Made by a program: the position numbers and the translations under genes
Notes under the pieces: generated by a model
The model's database searches: none
The model's input: only the letters and a program-made list of their open reading frames with translations
What the model was told of the DNA's origin: nothing
Shown: piece by piece, positions 51,563-64,000 of the stretch
Layout: each line of letters begins with the position of its first letter
Position numbering within the stretch: position 1 is the stretch's first letter
Source: Anolis carolinensis
Lineage: Eukaryota
Assembly (NCBI RefSeq): GCF_035594765.1
Contig: NW_026943824.1
Coordinates: 9,743,451-9,807,450 of the forward strand
DNA: 64,000 nucleotides
Direction: 5' to 3'

Positions 51563-54180
51563 AGTCTGAGCACTAGAACAAAGGGGCCGATCTCCCTCTA
51601 CTCTTCCGTTTGCTGCTTTCGCCTTCCTTAACTTTCCTGGTTAAAAGCTGTTTCTTTGCTTCGCCCAGGCCACAGAGGGTCAAAGCTTTGCTGAGCACAT
51701 CAGAAGAACAAGAAGTCAGTCTGGTAGAAATATTTGATTTTCACCGCATTGCAAGGGTCACCTCACATGGCTAAATGACCTGGTGGAAAATGAAATTATA
51801 CACACACACACACACACATATATTTTGGCTTTGAAGGATTGCTTTGACATTCTCCTCAAATCATGCTCTGATCAGGAACAAATGGCTAGGAGCTATCGAT
51901 TTCCAATTCTTATGGTCTCCCTCATCCTGCACAAGCTGTTTCCCCTACAGGCAATTAAATATGTTTTGCTCTCTGTTTTATGGGTCAGACCACAGGGAGA
52001 TGTGTGCCTATGTGGAAGAGGGAGATAGAAGTCTGCTTCCTCCTTCCTCATATACATTTAATCTAGCTGTTTTCTTACATCCTTGTGGACCAGCTCCATC
52101 AAGCAACCTTACTACCTACCTTTTATGCTTTCTTGTTTCTTGGAAGCAGGAATCTGATTGGGAAAGGTTTCCTCCAAGGAGCTTTGACCTTCTTTAGGTT
52201 CTGTTCATAATGAAGGCATTCATTCATTCATTCATTCTTGCCTAGATTCATGACTTGGTTGAAGGTGTGTGAAAGCAGGAAAGGACTAAGGTACAATTCT
52301 TTGGATTCATTAGGTGGTAAAAAGGTGAGAAAATGGGAAATGATATACTATGTTAATTTTCCTAAGATATATATAGCCATAAACTTCTTTGAACAAAACC
52401 TGATATATGTCAGTTAAGTTTCATTATAAACAGAACCTAAAGAAGGTCAAGGCTCCTTGGAGGCTAGAAGGCTGTTAGGAATTGTGGGAGTTGAAGCCCA
52501 AAACATCTGGAGGACCAAAGTATGCTCATGCCTGGTCTCACCCATTCTGTAGATCAGGATACTCATTTATTTGTGATAACACTTGTTCAGTAAGAAAAGA
52601 GCCAGCATGGGGTTGGACCTTAAGCACTGGAATGCAACTCTGGAAATCAGGGTTCAATTCCCTATTCTGCCTTGAAACCCTAATATGGCCTTAGGACGGC
52701 CAGATCCTTTTGGCTGGTGCTAGCTAGCATTGCTTCAGGGTCCCCACAGGTTGGAAACAACTTGAAGGCACACAGCAACGAAGAGTCAACAACTGGTTAG
52801 AAAACCATACTTTACAAGCCATGAATAGAAGAGTTACGACTCTTGCCAAATACCGTAAAGGAAAGGCTTTTTTGCAGAGAGAGGGAAAAAATTCTGTAAA
52901 ATGTGTGTGTTTAAACATCTGCTGTGGAACAGAATAAAAATCCACAGAAAGCAGTATCCTGAGGCATAGATAAAGCACTGAAAATTTCCACCTCAAATAT
53001 GAATTCAGTGGGGAAGCAAAGAGCTAGAACACAATGCTTAACCAGTATTGTTTCTTCCATGGAGAAGAAAATGACTTAAAACAAGTAGCAGTTTTCTTCA
53101 AGTTATCAGCTATGGCTAAATTATATGATAGATGTTCAAGGTCATTAATAAACTTGACAAGCTGTTCTTGGACTTCAGAAAGGGACTGTTTGAAAACTAG
53201 GTTCTTTGTACAGCATATTATAGTTTTGTTGTCTGAAGTTTGCTACATGCCTTTAGATTCCTGTTTTGCTTTTTAGAAGCTTCTGTGATTGGAATATAGT
53301 TTATAAAAAATAGATAAGTATAAAACTTGGGAAGCCAATTATGAAATTTGATGCTATTAATATTCATCAACTCGGTAATGATTTATCTTTTGGTATTATG
53401 AACTTAAATGAACAATTTTAGCTTCTGAAAAGAAAAATGCATGGTGGATGGACTTCCAACATGTATAGTATTAATACACCACAAAGTTAATGATACATCC
53501 ACCTTAGTGGTATGTGTCAATGTGTGTGTGTTTTTTTTACTGTAAGTGGTGTAGGTGTGTGTTTTATTGTAAATGTATTGAATTGCAAAATTCTGGCTAT
53601 TGTTTCTTATCACTAAATATATATTTTGTGTTCTAGAGCTAGTGGAAAAGATACTTGAGATATTCTTTGGCTGAATCCTTAGGATTCTTGGGTTGCTAGA
53701 TTAAGCTTGTTTATGGGCTGGCATTGCCTACCAGCTGTTCTTTGTGTTTCCTGCTTGCTTGATCTCTATACCTGTTAATGAAGCACATACTTCAAAGAAG
53801 CAAACACAGGGAAAGAAACCTCCAGGATCTGAAACTCTCTGAAACTTGTAACTGTTGGGAGAAGTTGGGGTTTTATTTTAATATTCTGGAATTGCATCTG
53901 TGCATATTTAACCATGCTAATAATGAATTGCCACCTCTTCCTCTTTCACTTCCTTTTTAAACACATTGATGGCAAATGGGTACAATATCATTTTTTTAAT
54001 ATGCTGTAATTTGGCAGGTGCAAATGGGACACTTTTCTCTTGTTTCTTTCCGAAAAGTATTATGAAAATGTCTTTTTATTCAGGATAGATAAAACTTTAA
54101 GCTTAGGATATACAAAAGTGGAAGAAAGCAAAACTGCTCCATCTCCTCATGCTTAATTATTGAGAAAATACTCCAGAAAG

Positions 54181-54425
54181 GAGTGTCAGAAGCAAATTGA
54201 GGCAAGCCATTTCTGGTGTGAGAGAATTGGCTGTCTACAGAGACGTTGCCCAGGGGACACCCGGATGTGTTACCATCCTGCTGGGAAGCTTCCCTCATGT
54301 TCCTGCATGGGACGCTAAAGCTGACAGACAGGATCTCACCCCATCTCATGGATTTGAACCTTCAGTCTTCAGGTCAACAGTTCAGCCAGCACAAGGGTTT
54401 AACTCATTGTACCACTGCAGCTCCA
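54181..54425 (-). mobile_element. tRNA-derived SINE
   Basis: Homologous to 2893-3135; antisense B box GGATTTGAACC. Confidence 0.75.
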
Positions 54426-54513
54426 GCCAGGCTGAATGGATTATTCTAATGTCACTCCTTGTCTGTGTTTACATTCGCATACTTCTGCCCATCCTCCTCT
54501 GGATCAATTACTG

Positions 54514-55694
54514 CAGGGGTCCTCAAACTTTTAAAGTGGAGGGCCGGTTCATGGTCCTCAGTTTGTTGAGGGGCCAAATTATCATTTGAAGAAAAAAAAA
54601 TGAACAAATTCCGATGCACACTGCATATGTTTTATTTGTGGTGCAAAAAACCCCCAACAATAACCATTTATTTATTTATTTATTTGCTACATTTATACTC
54701 CACCCTTTCTCATCCTGAAGGGGACTCAAAGCGGCTTACAAGTTGTATGTACATACAATATATTATATTATTAGCATAGCACAATATTAGCATTATATTT
54801 TACTATATTGTACTATACCACTATACCATATTATTATTAGTAATATTACATTTAATATATAATTAATATTATTAGTTAAAGGTAAACTGTTTCAAAGAAA
54901 TAGACTATGCACAAGATAAGGTAAAGGTAAAGGTTTCCCCTGACGTTAAGTCCAGTCGTGATCGACTCTGCGGGTGGTGTTCATCTCCATTTCTAAGCCG
55001 AAGAGCCGGCGTTGTCCATAGACACCTCCAAGGTCATGTGGCTGGCATGATGGAGTGCTGTTACCTTCCCACTGGAGCAGTACCTATTGATCTACTCACA
55101 TTGGCATGTTTTTGAACTGCTAAGTTGGCAGAAGCTGGAGCTAACACCAGGCGCTCACTCCGCTCCCTGGGTTTGAACCTGCGACCTTTCAGTCTGCAAG
55201 TTCAGCAGCTCAGCGCTTTAACAAACAGACACCGGAGGCTCCTATTAATATTTATTAATATTATTATATTATACAATATTATTACATTGTAGTATTATTA
55301 TTAGCCACCCTGAGTTCCCTACTGGGTGAGAAGGGCGGGGTAGAAATACTGTAATAAATAAATAAATAAATATTATATTGTATTACATTATAATATTTTA
55401 TCAATATTATATGTATACACAATATATTATATTATTACCATAGCACAATATTAGTAAATGAATGAACAATACAATATTTAAAAATAAAAACAGTTTTAAC
55501 CAACATACGGTAAACCTATCAGGATTTCAATGGGAAGTGTGGGCCTGCTTCTGGCCAATGAGATAGTCAAGTTAAGTAGGATTGTTGTTGTTGTGTGTCT
55601 TCAAGTCATTTCAGACTTTGGGCGAGCCTAAGTCTAAAACTGAGGGCAGGGACCGGGTAAATGACCTTGGAGGGACTTAGTTTGGGGACCCCTG
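54514..55694. mobile_element. Non-autonomous hAT (OC1/Charlie-like) with nested Sauria SINE
   Basis: TIR CAGGGGTCCTCAAACT / AGTTTGGGGACCCCTG; 8-bp TSD AATTACTG/AATTAGTG. Confidence 0.88.
54918..55242 (-). mobile_element. Sauria SINE
   Basis: Reverse complement of the 3687 family; (AAAGGT)n tail. Confidence 0.9.
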
Positions 55695-56719
55695 AATTAG
55701 TGCATGCATTTTCTCAATTAAAGAAGGAATCAATACAAACATTTTAATGGTTACGTAATTCAACCAAGACTTCAGTATACTTTTTATCCTAAAATAGGCA
55801 CTGTTGCATAATTTTTTGTTATTTATTTTGAGCCAAGAACATAGTTGAAAATGCAGAGAAGTCCCAAGCATTTTGAATCTGGGAGATTAAACTTGTATAA
55901 TAATGTAAGAAAGCAAAGTTCCTTTGAGGAAGGCACAGCAAGATCTGAGATGGATAATTGGTGACCAATGTCCTTGCTTAAGTCAAAGGCTGAGTTCACA
56001 GCAAATATTGATGACAAAATAAAGTACTGCTACTACAGCTATTGCATGAGCAATGGTACTTATGGGAAGGTGCATAACCACTAATTGTGTTCTTTTTGTC
56101 ATTATTATTATTATTATTATTGCTGCTGCTGTTGTTTTTGTCATTGTCATTCATTCAGCCAATGGTTTTTGAAATCTGGCAGACACCTTCTAGAAAAAAT
56201 GTGACTAATAAAGCTCTCTGAGAAATGAGCATGAATAACATTGTCTGGGTGTATCCTGCTTTCCAAAAAGGAAGGAAGGATTTCCAAAGCTCACTTATTA
56301 TAAGCATATCAACTTACTTCTTTTTTTCAGCATGCCAAAGCCGAAATCTTCCTAAGACAGCTGGGCTGCTTAGCCAGTCAGCCATCCCTGTAAACTTTTC
56401 AGAGAAGCAGTTTTAAGGAATGGCTCTTTCTCAGCAGCCGGAAATCCTCCCTACATAGAATTGCTCATTAGAACTTGTCCATCATTTCTGCTGGTGGCTA
56501 AATGGCAGGTGGGGAAGGGAGAATTTCCAGGCTGTCCTGTTAGATTTGCAACCCATGATTACCATAAAAAATGGTTTTGCAAACTTTGCTAAGCTCAATT
56601 TCTTTCTTTGGAATTATATATTAAGGCAGTTGCTGGGATTGGGTGATCAATGCAGTCCCAGACCAACCAAGATGATATCATACCATATAAGATTGGCTTG
56701 AAGTAATTTGAACTGATTT

Positions 56720-56918
56720 GGGGTGCATCTCCACTGTAGAATTAAGGCAGTTTGACACGACTTTTACTGCCATGGTTCAATGCTGTGGAATCTTGCAGCT
56801 GTAGTTATTCAAGATCTTTAGCCTTGAAAGAATGCTAATGTCTAATCAAACTATAACTCCCAAGATTCCAGAGCATTCAAGTGGTATCAAATTGCATGCA
56901 TTCTATAGTGTAGATGTG
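56720..56918. mobile_element. Harbinger-like MITE
   Basis: GCATCTCCACTGTAGAAT...ATTCTATAGTGTAGATGT inverted ends. Confidence 0.7.
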
Positions 56919-59754
56919 TGGTTGAGCCACGACACCCCCTCCCCAAAAGTTTCCAGATACTAAAGAGACTCCAAACAAGAGATATGATTTTTTCTTTATT
57001 TTTAAATCATTTTCTGTGGCTTCAAAATGGCAAAATGTTAAAACTGCTAGAGGCTCTGGGAAAGACCTAGCAGCAGCTGTACCCTAAAGACTCTTTCAAG
57101 TCTTACCGTTTAATAAATGCATCAACTTGATGTGACCGATCTAGCAAAGTGAATGGCAAAACCTTTCTGTACCTGCAGTTGGCAGAGGAACCATGTCATA
57201 TGTTTCTTGTCATCTCATAGGTTGTGATAGCATACCAGCATGTGGGCTCATTGATCAATAGGCCAGGTGGTTGATGCTTCAATCTGGGATTCATGTGAAT
57301 TGTTCAACTTTATTGGTTATTTATAACCAATGAAGTTATGGCCTTCTTTTTCAACTGTTTATATGTAGGATGTTTTCTCAAGTAGAGCAGTGTCGTCCTT
57401 GGACATGCAATGTAGTGTACTTCTATGGACACATGTTGTACCATTTTACACTTCCAATGCCTGTCTCATGAACCTCATTAAAGGGATTCTATAATGTTCC
57501 AATGGTCAACCACACAGCATTGCCACAGTGCTGTTCTGAAGTGGCTAGTTCTACTGTTGCTATTCTAGTGCTCTATTTAATCATTGCATTAAGCAAAGCA
57601 GGGCTAAATATACCTTCTGAATAGTCCCAATTATTACTTCTGTAAGCTTGGAATGTTTGTACAGCTCACAAAATCTTTTGCTAAGATTTGCTCATTTATA
57701 GACACTCTCTGTGGACTGCATTATGTGTTTACTAAGAATACATCACAACAAACAAACAAAAATTGAAACCAATTCTATCATATGGAAGCAATGTTAAAGC
57801 ACACTATTTTATTCATTGCTAGTGCTGTGAGATAGTTTCAGGCAAATCACAAATTCTAATGCAGATTGGACAAGTTCAGATCAATTGAGACTGGAGGAGT
57901 TATGGAAGACAGAAATGGGCAAATTATCATTTCAAGTCTGCATCATTTCCATGTGTTCAATCAAGTCTGATCCATCCAATTTCTGTACCAGTTTGCAATG
58001 TAAAATAAACTCTCTCTCACTTAGAATTCACCTGACATTTCCCATGCACAGAAAAACACATTTTTAACAGAACGTCAAATGAAATTTCTATTTTATTGTG
58101 TCATTTTTGAGGCAAGGTTGCATCACAAAATTTGTAACCCAAAAGATATCTGCATGTTATTCCAGGAACTACGAATCTTAACAAATAATTTTCTACTGTC
58201 CAAACAAAATGCTCCTGAATTCTAGATGGCAGGCAGACTGTTACTTTCCTTCTACCCATCACTTACTGATTATCTCTAATTGAGACTTCTTATGGCCTAT
58301 AAAAATCTTTTCAGTGTTTTTGATGGCTATTAACCTATTGCAAATGACTTTGTTCGTGGCTTATAGTTCTCATTATTACTGATCAATAGGCATACTAAAA
58401 ATGATTTGAGGCTCTTTGGCCTGTTTGGACTTTGACCAGTAATGATTTTCTGTTTTCCTGTATTAGAAAATTTCATCAGATTTCTCAATGGATATTGCCA
58501 AACCATAAAACCATAATTTTTAATGCCAGGTTCCTAACGATTCCTGCAAAAGATTTATTCCCTCATTTTGATAATTATTTTTTCTCCTGTTCCTTCTATT
58601 TTATGTTCTTTGTTTTTCTGACTGTCAGATTATATACACGACACTCCCATCATATGTATTAAGGATTTGCATTTATAATTTGTGTTGCACTTACCATTGC
58701 AGAATACTTCATATTCTCAAATAGGAATAGAAATAGTACAAAATGAATCCTCAACTGCAAATAATACAACTTTGAATGCACAGTCCTTGAAAACTTTCTC
58801 ACAGCAGCAAGGAAATTGCTCAAATTACTTGTCACTTCTTTCAAGGAAAAACAATAATGCAGAATTAAAACTTTATTCTCTATTATGTTGGCTATTTAAA
58901 CAGTAGCTTTTATAGTCTGTAGAATATGACCCTAGTTTCTGTGGTGGATACAATACTGGACTTGCTATGGGAAAGTGAAATTGCAACTAATCGTGAACCT
59001 GGTTTTAGTTAATGAGTTCTGGTGCATGAACACCATAGAATCGTGTTAGAGGACCTCGAAAATGTCTAGAGAGAATACATTGCTAGTTATTTCACAGCAT
59101 GACTCTGTGGTCAGTGTCTGGAAGAAGCATGCTATAGAAGTACACCGAAGGACCTCGAAAATGTCTAAAAAGGAGGAAATGCTCATTTTGTTTGCTGGCA
59201 CAACAGGACAAACAAGACGATATAGGGAAGCAGATTTAATGCCTGAAAATTCTCCACCTGTTCAAAATAGCCTAGTTCCTGACTTTTCAGACAAAAGTAT
59301 ACAAATTATTTTTAAAAAAATTATGTGGAGGGCACAGGGCTTCTTTTATGAAATGGCTCTCTGGGGCTTAGCCTCTGTATCAGCTTTCAGTGAAAGAGCC
59401 TAAACCTGAAGCATAATGAGAAGAGAAGAGATAAAAGTTCCACTGAGTTGATACAGACTGTATTTCTTCCTCACCACTATTTATCAGCAGAGAGTTTATC
59501 CCTTGAAGGAATGGGGGTCAAAGGCTCCAAGATCAGTGCATGTCGTGTTTCAGTACATGGTGGTTGTGTTTTGGTTGCACCGTCCACAGAGTTTCTGGGA
59601 TAAAACAGTCAGAGGATCTTCAGAAGTAATGTAGCTGAGTGTGAAAGCTCAACAACCTTAGGAAGTCCAAACTTGGTCTCTCCTGCCATTGAGTAAAATG
59701 GAATGGCAGAAATAACTGACAAGGAGTAAGAACAAATGGCATCAATGATAGAAA

Positions 59755-60583
59755 TAATAATAATAATAACTTTATTCTTATACCCTGCCCCATCTCCCCG
59801 AAGGGACTTGGGGCGGCTTACATGGGGCCAAGCCCGGAACAACAATATAAAAACAAAAGCAAACAGTAAAAACAAATCAATCAACAATAAAACATCAAAC
59901 AACGATAAAAACAGTCATAAAAGTCACATACAAAAGAAAATCTTAAAATCCCAACGATCTGGGTCAAGGTGCAAAATATGTCGATGTCAACGGGGAGGGG
60001 AGATTACCCAGCTGTCATAGTCAATTACAGTGCAATTATAATACTGGGGAAGGCATACCTGAGGGTCTAATACTGAGTAGGCAAACAGGTCAATCCCACA
60101 GGGATCAGTCATCAAAGGCCTTCTGGAAGAGCCAGGTTTTCAGCCTCCTCCGAAAGGAGAGGAGGGTAGGGGCCTGCCTGATCTCCCTGGGGAGGGAGTT
60201 CCAAAGCTGGGGGGCCACGATGGAGAAGGCCCTCTCCCTCGTCCCCACCAACCGCGACTGTGAGGGTGGTGGGAGCGAGAGGAGGGCCTGCCCGACGAGC
60301 GAAGAGATTGTGCGCGTTCATAGGGGGAAATGCGGTCTCGAAGGTAGGTGGGTCCCAAACCGCTTAGGGCTTTGTAGGTAATGACCTGCACCTTGAATTG
60401 GGCCTGGAAGATAAACGGCAGCCAATGGAGCTCCTTAAACAGTGGCGTTGAACGCGCCCTGTAATTTTCTCCAGTTAGAAACCTGGCTGTCGAGCGTTGT
60501 ACTAATTGTAATTTCCAAGCCGTCTTCAAAGGCAGCCCCACATAGAGCGCATTGCAATAATCCAGTCTAGAGGTAACTAAGGC
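59755..60583 (-). mobile_element. L2 3' fragment
   Basis: GLPLKTAWKLQLVQ..KELHWLP..FKVQVITYKAL in ORF 60140-60541(-). Confidence 0.9.
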
Positions 60584-61299
60584 CTTTTATTTTATCACAA
60601 GTATAATTTCATGTTCCTACAGTGTGGCAGTTCAGTCACACCACTAATTTATCCACTTGTTATCCTTGGGAGGCAGGGTGCATTCAAATACAGTACTTGT
60701 CTATTCTCTGACAAGGCCACGTAAAACAAATATCTGTTTTTGTATCCTATCTGATGCAATTTACAATCATTGTTTCCACTGCAGGTTTGCTCCCTTGCCC
60801 ATCAGCAAACACACATTCTATAAATTTCCCCCATATTTTCCAAAGATCATTTAATTTACAAATTCCTTTTTAGTCTTAATGACCGCATGTCATTTTATCA
60901 TTTATTGCTATTTTCCATACTTCTTTGTACCAATCTTCTAACTGAATCCTGCAAGGCATTGCCAAAAAGCCAATGCATCTATTTTAAATATGTGAATAGT
61001 TAACATTCACACACTTGGTGAAAGAGCACCACTATGCTTTAGTTGATGTGGAAAGACTGTGTGAGTTAGGTAAACTGTGCAAATAATTTAGCGCATTAGG
61101 AAAATGTGTAGAAAAGGAGTGCGATTTTCATTACAAGAGGAAAATGCCATGTCTCTCAACTTAACACAAAACAAGGATGGGTTGAAAATACAGGTGCAAT
61201 TCAGAGAAACTCAGTGAGATCCAAACTGAGAAAATTTCATCTTCCTGCTAAATAGTTATGAAAGCACCCAAATCTACAGGTTGGAAAGCAGCCCAAATC

Positions 61300-63564
61300 T
61301 GTTGTCGACCGCGTTTCTAGGGGATCGGGCCCCTTAAGGAGAGAGCCGATCCGGTCCTGAGAGAACGGACCTTGGCGGAGCCAATAGGAGAATATGAGCC
61401 GCAATACAACCTGGAACCGAAATGAAGAAGGTCCGCCAAAGATGAAGGAAAATCCGCCAAGGAGTCTTTATTGAGCGATTCAGCTGAAAAGGACACTAGT
61501 AGCGATCATTCAGTCTACTAGCGTATCATACATTCAAAATAAAGCCATATTTATACAATGTTTCGGTCTGACAGCCCTTTGAATTTCCCGCCCCGCTCCC
61601 CCGCCCATCTGATCGCGGATAGGCTAGAAGGCTGAACGAGGCGGGCTTTCGTTTCCCGCCTTGCTCTGCTGGTCCAATGGGGAGCCGCTTTTTGTCCCCA
61701 CTCGGGCCAATCAGAGAGGAGGAGCTATTGAAACAATGAAGTGCCAGGGCAGGAAATATCAGATTTACTCCTGCCAGACCGATTTCTAAAGGAATTAATG
61801 GCACCCATCAAGGATGTCCGGGTTCCTGTCACGTTCACAGATTTTAGATATGCCTTGGGGTGTCAGAGGGGAAGTGGTGATGGGTGTTGATGAGCCAAAA
61901 TTGACAGGCTCCACAGGGCGCCTTCCTGAGGTGTCCTGGAATTTCCTGGGATATGACAATGTTTGCTCTGGGGGCTGAATCACCTTTAGGACTATACTCC
62001 GAATTTGGTGACTCAAGCCTTATATTGTCCATGGAATCTGAATTAGATTGGGTTAAGCTGTGGCAGATTATCCTTTTGTTTTTTTGGGAAAGGAAGCCTG
62101 GGTCATAGGAGCAGGGGTTCATGTTGGGGTCAAAATATTTCCCATTTGATTTCATGATTTGACAATTATATGAAATAGAATGAAAATTAAAATAAAGTTG
62201 GAACATAAACCCAGCTGGGAAAAACACATATTTTCCGGGGATCCCAAAGAGTACAAATACATATAGGCAGATAGATAGATTTCAAGGAAGCAAGGGAGAA
62301 TCCATAAAGGTGGGTTACATTGCATAAAGGGGAATCATGAATGATATAAACAATTGAAAACATTTGATAAGAACGAAGTTCACAACATCTGGGGAACCCA
62401 ATATGGAAAGTCATAGGAGTGGAGTTCTAGCAGCATGATTTCACAATTCATGAAGTTAGCCCAACGATTAGAAATTCATACAACAGTGAGTCATGAGGGT
62501 GTCCAGGTACGTAGAATATGAAAATTCACGGATACATGAGGAAAAAGAGTTCATCTGTGATGGAAGGAATTCATAGAGATGGCATGGGGAAGGGGCACAT
62601 GTGGGTTGCAGTCTTGGGAAGTATAAGATTTCATAAGTCCAGGGATAGGTCTGGGGAAGAGTGTTCTTCTCCTTCATAAAATTATTAAGGTATGAATGAA
62701 ACGTGGAGGGCGCCCGTCCGGGCACCCCCTGGCAGCTGTAGAGAGGGTGAGGGTCCTTGGAGAACTATGTCTCCCCAGCGAGAGAGCGATCCCCCCATCC
62801 CCAGTTCACAGAAAGGGGCTAGGGATCTCTTAAAACCATTCCGCGGGTCGCGGGGAGAGGAAAGTCCGGGATAAGGCAGCAGTTTGGCTTGAAAGGAGCA
62901 GTCGGTCCCGTTTGACAGTCAGCTGTTGAGGTGCCGAGAACTGGACCGATTTCGGTTCCGCTGGTGGTCCTTGAGTCAGGGGTCTTAAAAAGGGTTAGGA
63001 CTAAAAGATGAGTGTGCTAGGGGTAATTTTGATAAAGATATGAGCCAATTTGTACCGTCCGCCGTATTAACCTATGGCGGAGAAGCCTCCGCCAGGGTTT
63101 TAAAGATCAGACGGGTTAGTGAGAGAGAGAGAGAGAAATTACATGCAAAGGAAGGAGTCAGAGAATGACACAAAATAACCAGATAGAGAGTGTTACTGTT
63201 AAAATAAATGCTACTTTTATTGGGGGATTTGTTACATAGTGCAGGGAAGGGGAAAGTGAAGAAAAAAAATCTTTTAATAATAGTCTGCTGCGGTCCCGTT
63301 CCGTTCCCTTTTGGTGAGTGATCTGCGGAACTCTCCGCTGCGAGTTCAAATTAATTTAAAAGCCGGGGTTTCGGTCATCAAATCCACACTAACATCTTCT
63401 CGGCAAGACTTTTTAAAACCTGCAATTATTCAAGAACGTTGTACACTGCTAAGTATCAAAAGTTTCAAAACAGAACTCAGAGTTAGCCAAGGTTTCTGTT
63501 ATGGGCGTCTGAGGGGAATTGCTATTTTAACTTTTCAATTCGAAAGCCTGAGCTCAGCTGAATA
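61300..63564 (-). mobile_element. Putative very long solo LTR of an endogenous retrovirus
   Basis: 4-bp TSD AATC (61296-61299, 63565-63568); ends TGTT...AATA (one mismatch from AACA); on the minus strand CCAAT/GC boxes, TATAAA (~61555), AATAAA (~61472) and terminal CGACAACA; CpG-rich compared with the flanks. Confidence 0.7.
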
Positions 63565-64000
63565 AATCTGAAAGGACAAATACAACAGATCTGGAGACAA
63601 TAATGAACTTCAAGGAAGAGGAAAGTAGATCAGGATTTAAGAAAAAAATGACCTTATCTTCCAGGACAAATGTGTGTGTGTGCGTGTGTGTGTATTAAAG
63701 GAGGGGGGGGTTCATTCCAAGGATACATGTAAGTGCTACAATCAAGATTATAAGTACTTACCAGTAGGAAAATATTCTTGTTTGTTTGAATTTCATGGCT
63801 ATCACAAATGGCATCATATTACTATTTTTGAAATGTAATACATTTAATACATAGGTGGAACTCAATCATCCCAGGATTTTTATGGTTTGCCAAAACAGTG
63901 AATGCTCACAGGTGTGTAAATGCCACATGGATGAAGTGGAGAGCAACAACAGGCGTAATGTGCGATAAGCAGATCCTAATCCACCTCAAATCGAAAATCT

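Noticed and set aside
59051-59168. 18-bp direct repeat GGACCTCGAAAATGTCTA
   Set aside because: Most likely internal structure of a degraded MITE.

Overview
AT-rich, repeat-dense vertebrate DNA. The repeat set (Sauria SINEs, L2, CR1, RTE, R4/Dong, Penelope, hAT/Harbinger/mariner MITEs, Helitron) points to a squamate, most likely an Anolis lizard (inference). No host protein-coding gene can be named. The window looks like intron(s) of a large gene or intergenic DNA, with one good + strand exon candidate at 39710 that has two alternative in-frame donors. The main feature is a young, internally damaged Ty3/gypsy chromovirus on the minus strand (42972-48651, 868-bp LTRs, 5-bp TSD AGGTG). It shows a self-priming (tRNA-independent) PBS, a gag-pol junction in one frame, and an integrase ORF running ~86 codons into the LTR that ends in an HMGN-like RRSTRIAA motif. 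Also present: a ~2.27-kb solo-LTR-like element (61300-63564) with splice acceptors and ORF remnants in its U3, a non-autonomous Helitron (8842-10005), an R4/Dong element inside an (AAT)n tract, Penelope ends with hammerhead ribozyme motifs, a perfect 39-bp-arm palindrome inside an L2, and a 135-N assembly gap. Family names come from motif recognition, not database searches.
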